A stretch of DNA of 61,407 bases from an uncultured Eubacteriales bacterium. GTDB lineage: Bacteria > Bacillota > Clostridia > Oscillospirales > Oscillospiraceae. The stretch lies in assembly GCA_900552725.1 (NCBI GenBank), contig USAT01000001.1, positions 1-61,407 of the forward strand, in the 5' to 3' direction. Below are positions 44,830-54,197 of the stretch, piece by piece. The stretch's first letter is position 1. Every line of letters starts with the position of its first letter. The notes under the pieces are model-generated. The model worked only from the letters and a program-made list of their open reading frames with translations, had not been told where the DNA came from and made no database searches. Both the position numbers and the translations under genes were made by a program.

Positions 44830-47447
44830 CATTTTCCTACCCGGAGCAGACCGTCCGCGCCATCGACGACCTGACGCTGACGGTGCCGGAGGGCGCGTTC
44901 GTGGTGCTGTGCGGCCCCTCCGGCTGCGGAAAGTCCACGCTGCTGCGGCAGTTGAAGCCCGCGCTGGCCCCTCATGGCGTCCGGTCGGGCCGCATCCTGT
45001 TCCGGGATACGCCGCTGGAGGACGTGGATGAGCGCACCCAGGCCGCCCGCATCGGCTTTGTCCAGCAGTCCCCGGAGAACCAGATCGTCACCGACAAGGT
45101 GTGGCACGAGCTGGCCTTCGGGCTGGAGAGCCTGGGGGAGGACACCCCCACCATCCGCCGCCGTGTGGCGGAGATGGCGTCGTTTTTCGGCATCGAGGGG
45201 TGGTTTTATAAGGATGTCACCGAACTGTCCGGCGGCCAGAAGCAGCTTCTGAATCTGGCCTCCGTCATGGCCATGCAGCCGGACGTACTGATCCTGGACG
45301 AGCCTACCAGCCAGCTTGACCCCATCGCTGCGTCGGACTTTCTGGCGGTACTGGGGAAGATCAACCGTGAGCTTGGCACCACCGTTCTGCTGACGGAGCA
45401 CCGCTTAGAAGAAGCCTTCCCTCTGGCCACCGCCGTGGCGGTGATGGACGGCGGGCGGCTGCTGTGTACCGGAACGCCCGCTGAGGTGGGCCAGCGGCTC
45501 AAGGCCATGGGCCACCGGATGTTCCTGGCCATGCCCGCCGCCATGCGTATCTGGGCGGCGGTGGCGTCCGACGCTCCCTGCCCCGTCACCGTGCGGGAGG
45601 GCCGGGATTTCCTGCAGGAATTTGCCGCCCACAAGCCCCTGCTGCCGCTGACCGAGGAGCCAAAGCAGCCCAAGCGTCAGCCGGTGATCACCGTAGAGGG
45701 CGCGTGGTTCCGCTATGAGGAGAACAGTCCCGACGTGGTAAAGGGTCTCGACCTCCAACTGGGCCGGGGCGAGTTTCTGGCGCTGCTGGGCGGCAACGGC
45801 GCAGGCAAGAGCACCACGCTGAAGCTGCTGAGCGGGCTGAAAAAGCCCTATCGGGGCGATATCACCGTGTCCGGTACGCTGGGCATGCTGCCCCAGAATC
45901 CCCAGACCTTATTTGTGAAGAAAACCGTCCGTGAGGACCTGTTTGAGATATTCTCCGGCAGCAAGCTGCCGAAACAGCAGCAGGAGGAGCGGGTGGCCCG
46001 GATGGTACGGCTGTGCCGTCTGGACACGCTGCTGGACCGCCATCCCTACGATCTGTCCGGCGGCGAGCAGCAGCGGGCCGCGCTGGCGAAGGTGCTGCTT
46101 TTGCAGCCGGAAATTCTGCTGCTGGACGAGCCCACCAAGGGCCTTGACGCGGAGTTCAAGCAGCTCTTCGCGGAGATCCTCCGGGCGCTGCTCTCGCAGG
46201 GCGTCTCGCTGCTGATGGTGAGCCATGACGTGGAGTTCTGTGCCCGGTACGCCCACCGCTGCGCCCTGTTCTTTGACGGCGGCATCGTGACCGAGGCGTC
46301 TCCCCGGGCCTTTTTCAGCGGCAACAGCTTCTATACCACCGCCGCCAACCGCATCGCCCGGCCATTGGAGCCCCAGGCGGTGACGGCGGAGGACGTGATG
46401 ACCGTCTGCGGCGGCGATGTGCCGCCCATGCCGGAGCTGCCCCAGGACGCCCCTCCCCTGCCGGAGCCGGCGGAGGAGACGCCGGACTGGAAGCCGAAAA
46501 AGCTGCCCCTGTGGCGCAAGGCACTGGCGGCGGTCAGCGGCGCGGGCGCGCTGGCCATCTTTCTGTACGCCGCCAGCATCACCGAGCTCTCCAGCTCCAT
46601 CACCGCGAACGGCCTGACGACGCTGGGCGAGAAGCAGTTGGGGCTGTACGCCCTGTTCTGCGTCCTGCTGCTGGTGCTGGCGCTGGCCATCGGGCGGCGC
46701 TCCAGGCCGCCGGTGCTGGCCCAGATGCCGGTGGAAAAGCGGAAGCTGCCCCGCCGCACCGTGGCCATGGCGGTGTCCGCCCTGCTGCTGATCCCGGTGA
46801 CGCTGTTCATCGGCGTGTTCTATCTCCAGCGGCAGCAGTACGCCATCGTGTCGGTGCTGGTGCTTTTCGAGTGCATGCTGCCCTTCTTCCTGGTGTTCGA
46901 GGGCCGCAGGCCCCAGGCCCGCGAGCTGGTGATCATCGCCGTACTGTGCGCCATCTCCGTGGCGGGCCGGGCCGCCTTCTTCATGCTGCCCCAGTTCAAG
47001 CCGGTGATGGCCATGACCATCATCGCCGGTGTGGCCCTGGGCGGCGAGAGCGGCTTCTTAGTGGGCGCGCTGGCCATGCTGGTATCCAACATGTTCTTCT
47101 CCCAGGGGCCGTGGACGCCGTGGCAGATGTTCTGCATGGGTATCATCGGCTTCCTGGCGGGGGTGCTGTTCCGCAAGGGATGGCTGCGCCGCACGCGGGG
47201 CAGCCTGTGCGTGTTCGGTGTGTTCAGCGCCATCGTCATCTACGGCGGCATCATGAACCCCGCGTCGGTGCTGATGTGGGCCAATACGGAGACGCTGACG
47301 TGGAAGATGGTGCTGACCTACTATGTCACCGGCTTCCCCCTGGACTGCGTCCACGCCGCCGCCACCGCCTTCTTCCTGTGGATCGCGGCAGAGCCCATGC
47401 TGGAAAAGCTGGACCGCATCAAGCTGAAATACGGACTTATGGAATAA
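44802..47447 (+). CDS. Fused ECF double ATPase plus S component (CbrT-like), probable cobalamin uptake
   Basis: GPSGCGKST/LSGGQ/LDEP and GGNGAGKST/LSGGE/LDEP; C-terminal PQFKP..GF.VG..SN.F.SQGPWTPWQM S-component motif. Confidence 0.85.
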   Translation: MALFTVENLTFSYPEQTVRAIDDLTLTVPEGAFVVLCGPSGCGKSTLLRQLKPALAPHGVRSGRILFRDTPLEDVDERTQAARIGFVQQSPENQIVTDKVWHELAFGLESLGEDTPTIRRRVAEMASFFGIEGWFYKDVTELSGGQKQLLNLASVMAMQPDVLILDEPTSQLDPIAASDFLAVLGKINRELGTTVLLTEHRLEEAFPLATAVAVMDGGRLLCTGTPAEVGQRLKAMGHRMFLAMPAAMRIWAAVASDAPCPVTVREGRDFLQEFAAHKPLLPLTEEPKQPKRQPVITVEGAWFRYEENSPDVVKGLDLQLGRGEFLALLGGNGAGKSTTLKLLSGLKKPYRGDITVSGTLGMLPQNPQTLFVKKTVREDLFEIFSGSKLPKQQQEERVARMVRLCRLDTLLDRHPYDLSGGEQQRAALAKVLLLQPEILLLDEPTKGLDAEFKQLFAEILRALLSQGVSLLMVSHDVEFCARYAHRCALFFDGGIVTEASPRAFFSGNSFYTTAANRIARPLEPQAVTAEDVMTVCGGDVPPMPELPQDAPPLPEPAEETPDWKPKKLPLWRKALAAVSGAGALAIFLYAASITELSSSITANGLTTLGEKQLGLYALFCVLLLVLALAIGRRSRPPVLAQMPVEKRKLPRRTVAMAVSALLLIPVTLFIGVFYLQRQQYAIVSVLVLFECMLPFFLVFEGRRPQARELVIIAVLCAISVAGRAAFFMLPQFKPVMAMTIIAGVALGGESGFLVGALAMLVSNMFFSQGPWTPWQMFCMGIIGFLAGVLFRKGWLRRTRGSLCVFGVFSAIVIYGGIMNPASVLMWANTETLTWKMVLTYYVTGFPLDCVHAAATAFFLWIAAEPMLEKLDRIKLKYGLME

Positions 47448-47483
47448 AAAAATGCTGTGCCGGGCGGCACAGCATTTTTTATT
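47443..47483. terminator. Bidirectional terminator
   Basis: AATAAAAAATGCTGTGCC...GGCACAGCATTTTTTATT. Confidence 0.8.
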
Positions 47484-47488
47484 CCCTG

Positions 47489-49219
47489 TTACTTGGCCAG
47501 GGCTTCCGCCCACTGGCCGTACTTCTCGATATTGGCGTCACGCTCGATGGCGTCCTTGCCGATGGTCAGGATGTAGACCTTGATCTTCGGCTCGGTGCCG
47601 GAGGGGCGCACCAGAATGGTGGTGCCGTCGGCCAGCTCATAGCGCAGCACGTTGCTGCCCTTCAGCTCCATCTCGGACACCGCGCCGGTGGCGCAGTCCA
47701 CCACGCTGCCGTCGGTATAGTCCTTGCGGCGGACGACGGCCACGCCGGAGATCTCGGTAGGCGGCGTCTGGCGCAGGGCCTTCATCAGGTTGGCCATCTT
47801 CTCCAGGCCGTCCAGACCGGGCATCACCAGATTGTGGGTCTTTTCGCCGTACCAGCCGTACTTCTTGTACAGCACGTCCAGCGCGTCGTACAGGGTCATG
47901 CCCTGGGTGGCGTACCACGCGGCCATCTCCGTCAGCAGCAGCGACGCGGTGACGGCGTCCTTGTCCCGGACATAGTCGCCCAGCATGTAGCCGTAGCTCT
48001 CCTCATAGGAGAACACTACCTTGCCCTCGCCGGCGGATTCCAGTTGGTTCTTCTTCTCGGCCATAAACTTGAAGCCGGTGAAGGTATCGTAGCAGGTGAC
48101 GCCGTGGGCCTCGGCCACCTTGCGGGCCATCTCGGTGGTGACGATGGTTTTCAGCATCACGGGGTTTTCCGGCAGCTTGCCGCTGCGCTTCATGGCGCCG
48201 TACAGGTAATCGCTCAGCAGCACGCCGGTCTGGTTGCCGCTGACAGGCTGGAACTTACCCTCCTTATTGCGGACCATGATGCCCACACGGTCACTGTCCG
48301 GGTCGGTGCCCACAATGAAGTCGGCCTTCACCTTGTCGGCCAGGGCGATGGCCAGATAGAAGCCCTCGGGGTTCTCCGGGTTGGGGGACACCACCGTGGG
48401 GAAGTCGCCGTCGATGACCATCTGCTCCGGCACGCAGTGCAGATGCTTGATGCCCAGACGGGTCAGCGCCTCCGGCACCAGCTTGTGGCCGCAGCCGTGG
48501 AAGGGGGTATACACCACCTGGAAGGTGTCCGCCACCTTGGCGACGGAGTCGTAGTCGTTGACCATATCCATGACGTTGGCCATGAACTTGCGGTCGGTCT
48601 CGTCGCCCATGGTCTCGATCAGCCCGGCCTTGACGGCCTTGTCGAAGTCCATCCGCTTCACGCCGGTGAAGATGTCGATCTTCTCCAGCGCCGCGGCGAT
48701 GGCGGCGGCGTGATGGGGCGGCAGCTGCGCGCCGTCCTCCCAATAGACCTTATAGCCGTTGTACTCCTTGGGGTTGTGGCTGGCGGTGACGTTGATGCCC
48801 GCCTGGCAGCTGTACTCCCGCACGGCGAAGCTCAGCTCCGGCGTGGGGCGCAGGGACTCGAAGATGCGCACATGGATGCCGTTGGCGGCGCATACCTCGG
48901 CGGCGGCCCGGGCAAACTCCATGGAGTGGTGGCGGCAGTCCATGCAGATGGCCACGCCCCGCTTTTTGGCGTCCTCGCCCTCGGCGCAGATCACGTTGGC
49001 AAAGCCCTGGGTGGCCCAGCGGATGACGTACACGTTCATCTGGTGCAGACCCACCTTCATGGTGCCCCGCAGTCCGGCGGTGCCGAACTCCAGCGGGCCA
49101 TAAAACCGGCTCTCGATCTCCTTCTCGTCTCCGGCGATGGACTGCAGCTCCTGCACCTCGTCCGCCGTCAGGGCGCCGCTTTGCAGCCACTTTTCGTACT
49201 CACGCATGTAATCCAGCAT
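47489..49219 (-). CDS. pgm: Phosphoglucomutase/phosphomannomutase
   Basis: FGTAGLRG, TASHNP, DPDSDR, EESYG, RPSGTEPK. Confidence 0.92.
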   Translation of the reverse strand: MLDYMREYEKWLQSGALTADEVQELQSIAGDEKEIESRFYGPLEFGTAGLRGTMKVGLHQMNVYVIRWATQGFANVICAEGEDAKKRGVAICMDCRHHSMEFARAAAEVCAANGIHVRIFESLRPTPELSFAVREYSCQAGINVTASHNPKEYNGYKVYWEDGAQLPPHHAAAIAAALEKIDIFTGVKRMDFDKAVKAGLIETMGDETDRKFMANVMDMVNDYDSVAKVADTFQVVYTPFHGCGHKLVPEALTRLGIKHLHCVPEQMVIDGDFPTVVSPNPENPEGFYLAIALADKVKADFIVGTDPDSDRVGIMVRNKEGKFQPVSGNQTGVLLSDYLYGAMKRSGKLPENPVMLKTIVTTEMARKVAEAHGVTCYDTFTGFKFMAEKKNQLESAGEGKVVFSYEESYGYMLGDYVRDKDAVTASLLLTEMAAWYATQGMTLYDALDVLYKKYGWYGEKTHNLVMPGLDGLEKMANLMKALRQTPPTEISGVAVVRRKDYTDGSVVDCATGAVSEMELKGSNVLRYELADGTTILVRPSGTEPKIKVYILTIGKDAIERDANIEKYGQWAEALAK

Positions 49220-49538
49220 CGTTTTCGTCCTCCTCTACCGCTTGTGCGTTCAGAATATTTTTGGCCTCCTCCAGCATGGTCTGGGGCACATACAGCGACG
49301 CGCCGTAGCCGGAGAAGCCGTTGATGACCTTTCCCGCGCCGCCGTCTTTATCATAGTACTTGAAGCAGGGGATGCCGTAGGCCGCCAGCATGGAGATCAC
49401 CATGTCGGACTCCGCCGGGGAGTCGAAAGTCTCCTTCAGCAGCACGGCCTTCACCTTTTCGCCGCTTTCCTCCAACGGCCAGTCCAGCTCTTTTTTATGG
49501 AAGCACCAGCCGGAAGCCATATCTTCCCAAAAACTCAT
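49200..49538 (-). CDS. Hypothetical protein (DUF2007-like)
   Basis: SMLAAYGIP...LYVP..LEEA; RBS GGGAGG; overlaps pgm. Confidence 0.65.
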   Translation of the reverse strand: MSFWEDMASGWCFHKKELDWPLEESGEKVKAVLLKETFDSPAESDMVISMLAAYGIPCFKYYDKDGGAGKVINGFSGYGASLYVPQTMLEEAKNILNAQAVEEDENDAGLHA

Positions 49539-49554
49539 CGTAAAACCTCCCTCG

Positions 49555-50034
49555 TCATTTATGATATCGCGTGCCCTCGGCGATCTGGCACGCGCGGTAG
49601 ATCTGTTCCAGCAGCATCACCCGGGCCAGATGGTGGGGGAACGTCATGGGCGACATGCTCAAGCGCCAGTCGGCCTGCTTTTTCAGCGTCTCGTCCAGGC
49701 CGAAGCTGCCGCCGATCAAGAACGTCACCTTGCTCTTCCCCTCCAGGGCGAAGGCCGCCAGCTTTTTGGACAGCGCCTCGCTGGAGCAGGTCTGCCCCTC
49801 GATGCACATGGCCACCACCGCGCCGCCCTCCAGCTTCTGCCGGATGGCGTTGGCCTCAGCCGCCAGCGCCCTCTTGATCTCCGCCGGGGAGGGATCCTCC
49901 GGCAGGCGCGTCTCCGGCAGCTCTGTTACCTCGATCTTACAGTACCGGCTCAGCCGCTTGCAATATTCCGCCGCCGCGTCGGCATAGAACTTCTCCTTCA
50001 GCTTGCCCACGCACAGCACGGTGATCCGCTGCAT
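49555..50034 (-). CDS. rlmH: 23S rRNA pseudouridine-1915 methyltransferase
   Basis: VGKLKE, FLIGGSFG, MTFPH..R..LLEQIYRA...YHK. Confidence 0.95.
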   Translation of the reverse strand: MQRITVLCVGKLKEKFYADAAAEYCKRLSRYCKIEVTELPETRLPEDPSPAEIKRALAAEANAIRQKLEGGAVVAMCIEGQTCSSEALSKKLAAFALEGKSKVTFLIGGSFGLDETLKKQADWRLSMSPMTFPHHLARVMLLEQIYRACQIAEGTRYHK

Positions 50035-50105
50035 ATGTCCACCTCATAAAAGTAACGCAGCGCCCGCCGGTATCGCCGGGCAGACGCTGGGTATGTGTTT
50101 GTTGG

Positions 50106-51410
50106 TCAGCCGATACGGGCCTCGTCCTTCTCCGCCTCCGGTTCGTCCACCATAGAGATGTCCGCACCCACAGCCCGCAGCTTGCCCACGATGTCCTCGT
50201 AGCCGCGCTCGATATACTGCACATGGCTGATCTCGGTGGTGCCGTGGGCGGCCAGAGCCGCGATGACCAGCGCCGCGCCGGCCCGCAGGTCAGGTGCCTG
50301 CACCGGTGCGCCGGTAAAGTGATCCACGCCCTCCAGCACGGCCATCTTGCCGTCCACCTGGATGCGGGCGCCCAGGCGCTTCAGCTCATCCACATACTTG
50401 AAGCGGTTGTTCCACACGCTTTCGGTGATGAGGCTGGTGCCGTCGGCCAGCGCCAGCACGGAGGCGATCTGGGGCTGCATATCCGTGGGGAAGCCGGGAT
50501 AGGGCATGGTCTTGATATTGGTGCGATGCAGACGGCCGGTGCGCCGCACCAGCATCTCATCGCCGTTCTCCTCGATCTCCACGCCCATCTCCATCAGCTT
50601 GGCGCTGATGCAGTCCATGTGCTTGGGGATCACGTTGCGGATCAGCAGCTCGCCGCCGGTGGCGGCCACGGCTGCCATATAGGTGCCCGCCTCGATCTGG
50701 TCGGGAATGATGGCATAGCTGCCGCCGTTCAGACGCTTGACGCCGCGGATCTTGATAGAGTCCGTGCCCGCGCCCTTCACGTCCGCGCCCATGGAGTTCA
50801 GGAAGTTGGCCAGATCCACGATATGGGGCTCACGGGCGGCGTTTTCGATGATGGTGGTACCCTCGGCCAGTGCCGCCGCCATCATAATGTTCATGGTAGC
50901 GCCCACGGACACCACGTCCAGATAGACGTTGGCCCCCTTCAGATGACCGTTCTTGGCCCGGGCGTTGATGTAGCCGCCCTCCACGGACACCTGCGCGCCC
51001 ATGGCGGTAAAGCCCTTGATATGCTGGTCGATGGGCCGCACGCCGAAATCGCAGCCGCCGGGCATGGCCACCGTGGCCTCGCCAAAGCGGCCCAGCAGCG
51101 CGCCCAGCAGGTAATAGCTGGCCCGGATCCGCCGCGCCAGCTCATAGCTGGGGCGGGTGGAACGGATGGCGCGGCAGTCCAGCTCCACCGCGTGGCGGTT
51201 CAGGATCCGCACCTTCGCGCCCAACTCATCCAGAATAGAGAAGAACAGCGTCACATCGCTGATCTGGGGAATGTTCTCAATGCGGCATACGCCGTCCACC
51301 ATCAAAGCGGCAGGAATGATGGCCACCGCCGCGTTTTTCGCGCCGCTGACCGTGACCTCACCATACAGGGGACGGCCGCCGTTAACGATATATTTATTCA
51401 AGATTTGCAC
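50106..51410 (-). CDS. murA: UDP-N-acetylglucosamine 1-carboxyvinyltransferase
   Basis: GAKNA, PGGCDFGVRP, SVGAT, PGFPTDMQ, DLRAG, RGYE; start may be TTG at 51401. Confidence 0.95.
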   Translation of the reverse strand: MQILNKYIVNGGRPLYGEVTVSGAKNAAVAIIPAALMVDGVCRIENIPQISDVTLFFSILDELGAKVRILNRHAVELDCRAIRSTRPSYELARRIRASYYLLGALLGRFGEATVAMPGGCDFGVRPIDQHIKGFTAMGAQVSVEGGYINARAKNGHLKGANVYLDVVSVGATMNIMMAAALAEGTTIIENAAREPHIVDLANFLNSMGADVKGAGTDSIKIRGVKRLNGGSYAIIPDQIEAGTYMAAVAATGGELLIRNVIPKHMDCISAKLMEMGVEIEENGDEMLVRRTGRLHRTNIKTMPYPGFPTDMQPQIASVLALADGTSLITESVWNNRFKYVDELKRLGARIQVDGKMAVLEGVDHFTGAPVQAPDLRAGAALVIAALAAHGTTEISHVQYIERGYEDIVGKLRAVGADISMVDEPEAEKDEARIG

Positions 51411-51777
51411 CCTCTCTTACATCCGACTGATCAAAAGGCCCGTGGGCAGCGGCCGGAGTACCGTGGCCGGACGCTGTGTCCGACACTTATCATGCCCAGG
51501 GCAGAAAACTTCATACACCACATATACTATATGATGTAGAAAGATGAACGCACAGTTACAGCATTAGTATACCATAAAATTTTACAAAAGCAATATCAAG
51601 GCCGTATTTTCTCTGGCTTTTTCAAAATTTATGTCTACCTGGTCGTTTTGATACCATTTTTTACCAAAAATTCCTTTTGGCGAAAGTATGTTGTCTTTTC
51701 CCGGAGAATATGCTATACTGTCAGATTGATATAATAGGTATCGTATGGGTATTTGTTCTTTAAGGAGGTCTTTCATC

Positions 51778-52839
51778 ATGAAGATCGTAGTTTTGTCCGG
51801 CGGCTTCTGCACCGAGCGTCATGTGGGCCTGGTCAGCGGCAGCGGCGTGTGCCGCGCTCTGCGGGAAAAGGGCCACCAGGCCATTTTTGTGGATATGTTC
51901 ATGGGTCTGGAGAACTATCACGGCTCTCTGGAGGATATTTTCGACGCGCCCGACGGCCTGCTGGAAAAGGTGGCCATCGAGGAGACGGCCCCTGATCTGG
52001 AGGCGGTCCGTGCTGCGCGGCAGGACAAGAGTCCTTCCCTGCTGGGCAAGGATGTATTGAAGGTCTGCGCCATGGCCGACGCGGTGTTCCTGGCCATGCA
52101 CGGCGCCAACGGCGAGGATGGCCGCATCCAGGCAACCCTTGACCTGGTGGGCGTGCCCTATACCGGCTCCGGCTATCTGGGCAGCGCCATGGCCATGGAC
52201 AAGGCCGTCACCAAGCGGATGATGGACTCTCTGGGCATCCGCACCGCCCCGTGGGTGGACGTACATTATACCAAGGACGACATTCCCCGCCTGACCCGGG
52301 AGCTGATGGTGCCCTGCGCGGTGAAGATGGTCAACGGCGGCAGCTCCATCGGCATGGCCCTGCCCGACACCCGCGAGGAGCTGGAGAAAGCTCTCTACGA
52401 CCTGCTGCCCTACGGCGGCCATGTGGTGGTGGAGAAGAAGATCAAGGGCCGCGAGATCCAGATCGCTGTACTGGGCGACACCTATCTGCCCGCCGTGGAG
52501 ATCATCCCCAAGGGCGAATACTTCGACTATGTGTGCAAGTATCAGAAGGGCGGCGCACAGGAGATCTGCCCCGCGCCCATCTCCGACGAGGAGTGGCGTC
52601 AGGTGGGCGAGATGGCCCTGAAGCTCCATCAGGGGCTGGGTCTGGCCGTCTACTCCCGCAGCGACTTCCTGCTGGACGATGAGGGCAAGGCCTGGTGCCT
52701 GGAGATCAACACTCTGCCGGGCATGACCCCCACCAGTTTGGTACCCCAGGAGGCGGCCCAGGTGGGGCTCAGCTATGCCGACCTGTGCGAGAAGATCGTG
52801 TGGGATTCCATTGAGGCCAGAAAGGCGGAATACAGATGA
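51778..52839 (+). CDS. ddl: D-alanine--D-alanine ligase
   Basis: HGANGEDG, GSSIG, FDY..KY, EINTLPGMT. Confidence 0.93.
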   Translation: MKIVVLSGGFCTERHVGLVSGSGVCRALREKGHQAIFVDMFMGLENYHGSLEDIFDAPDGLLEKVAIEETAPDLEAVRAARQDKSPSLLGKDVLKVCAMADAVFLAMHGANGEDGRIQATLDLVGVPYTGSGYLGSAMAMDKAVTKRMMDSLGIRTAPWVDVHYTKDDIPRLTRELMVPCAVKMVNGGSSIGMALPDTREELEKALYDLLPYGGHVVVEKKIKGREIQIAVLGDTYLPAVEIIPKGEYFDYVCKYQKGGAQEICPAPISDEEWRQVGEMALKLHQGLGLAVYSRSDFLLDDEGKAWCLEINTLPGMTPTSLVPQEAAQVGLSYADLCEKIVWDSIEARKAEYR

Positions 52840-54191
52840 CCGGCTGCACCGTAAAGGAGCTGTGCGCCGCCGTGGGCGGCACGCTGCTGCAACAGAGCGG
52901 CGCGGTGGTGACCCAGGTCTCCACCGACAGCCGCAGCATCCCCAACCGGGCGCTGTTCGTCCCGCTGGTGGGCGAACGGTTCGACGGCCACGACTATCTG
53001 GACGCGGCGCTGGAGCGCGGCGCGGCAGGCTGCCTGACGGCCAGAAAGCCCGCCTCCCTGCTGCCGGATAAATTCTACATTCAGGTGTCCGACACGCTGG
53101 AAGCGCTGAAGACCCTGGCGGCGTGGTATCGGGCGAAGTTCGCTGTCCCCATGGTGCAGGTCACCGGCAGCGCCGGAAAGACCACCACCAAGGAGATGAT
53201 CGCCGCCGTTCTGAGCCAGCGTTTTTCCACGCTGAAGACCCAGGCCAACTTCAACAACGCCATCGGCACGCCGCTGACGCTGCTGAATCTCAGCCCGGAG
53301 CATCAGGCCGCCGTCATTGAGACCGGCATGAACCACTTCGGCGAGATCCGCTATCTGGGCGAGATGGTACGGCCCACCGTGGCCGTTATCACCAACGTGG
53401 GCGACGCCCATATTGAAAACCTGGGCGGCACCCGGCAGGGCATCCTGCAGGCCAAGTGCGAGATCTTCGAGAATCTGCAGCCGGGCGGCCTTGCCGTGCT
53501 GAACGGCGACGACGAGCTGCTGTCCGGTCTGACGCTGCCCTTTGAGACGGTGCTGTGCGGCCGGCATGAGCGCTGCGGCGTCCGGGTCACCAATGTGGCC
53601 GAGCACGGCATTGAGGGCGTCACCTGCACCGTCACCACAAAGCGGGAGGTGTACGAGGTAGCCATCCCCTCCCCCGGCGCGTACATGATCTATCCCGCCG
53701 CCATGGCCATCGCCATCGGCGAGTATCTGGGCCTGACCAAGGCGGAGCTGCTGTCCGGCATCGCCGCCTACCGTCCCGTGGGCAGCCGCATGCACCTGGT
53801 GCGCTGCGGCGGCGGCCGCATCATCATCGACGACTGCTATAACGCCAACCCCCAGGCCATGGCGGAGGCATTGCGTATCCTGGCCCAGACGGAGCATCCC
53901 CGCCGCATGGCGGTGCTGGGCGACATGGGCGAGCTGGGCGACCTGACGGAGCAGGCCCACCGGGATATGGGTGCGCTGACCCGCACCCTGGGACTGGATA
54001 CCGTGGTGGCCGTCGGCCCCAAGGCCAAGGCGATTCAGGACGCCAACCCCGACGTCCTGTGGTTCCCCACGGTGGCCGAAGCCCTGCCCGCCATCCGGGC
54101 GGCGTTCACCGCCGGAACGGCGGTGCTGGTGAAGGCGTCTCACGCCATGCATTTCACCGATATTGTAAAGGATCTGGAATCGACAGAGTAA
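52836..54191 (+). CDS. murF: UDP-MurNAc-tripeptide--D-Ala-D-Ala ligase
   Basis: TDSR, FDGH, TGSAGKTTTKE, DCYNANP, GDMGELG, VKAS. Confidence 0.95.
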   Translation: MTGCTVKELCAAVGGTLLQQSGAVVTQVSTDSRSIPNRALFVPLVGERFDGHDYLDAALERGAAGCLTARKPASLLPDKFYIQVSDTLEALKTLAAWYRAKFAVPMVQVTGSAGKTTTKEMIAAVLSQRFSTLKTQANFNNAIGTPLTLLNLSPEHQAAVIETGMNHFGEIRYLGEMVRPTVAVITNVGDAHIENLGGTRQGILQAKCEIFENLQPGGLAVLNGDDELLSGLTLPFETVLCGRHERCGVRVTNVAEHGIEGVTCTVTTKREVYEVAIPSPGAYMIYPAAMAIAIGEYLGLTKAELLSGIAAYRPVGSRMHLVRCGGGRIIIDDCYNANPQAMAEALRILAQTEHPRRMAVLGDMGELGDLTEQAHRDMGALTRTLGLDTVVAVGPKAKAIQDANPDVLWFPTVAEALPAIRAAFTAGTAVLVKASHAMHFTDIVKDLESTE

Positions 54192-54197
54192 ATTTTT

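Noticed and set aside
50106..51410. Fosfomycin-resistant MurA
   Set aside because: Active-site Cys is retained (PGGC)
51778..52839. ddl as a van-type ligase
   Set aside because: DYxxKY omega-loop typical of D-Ala-D-Ala ligases; no vanH/X/T/RS nearby
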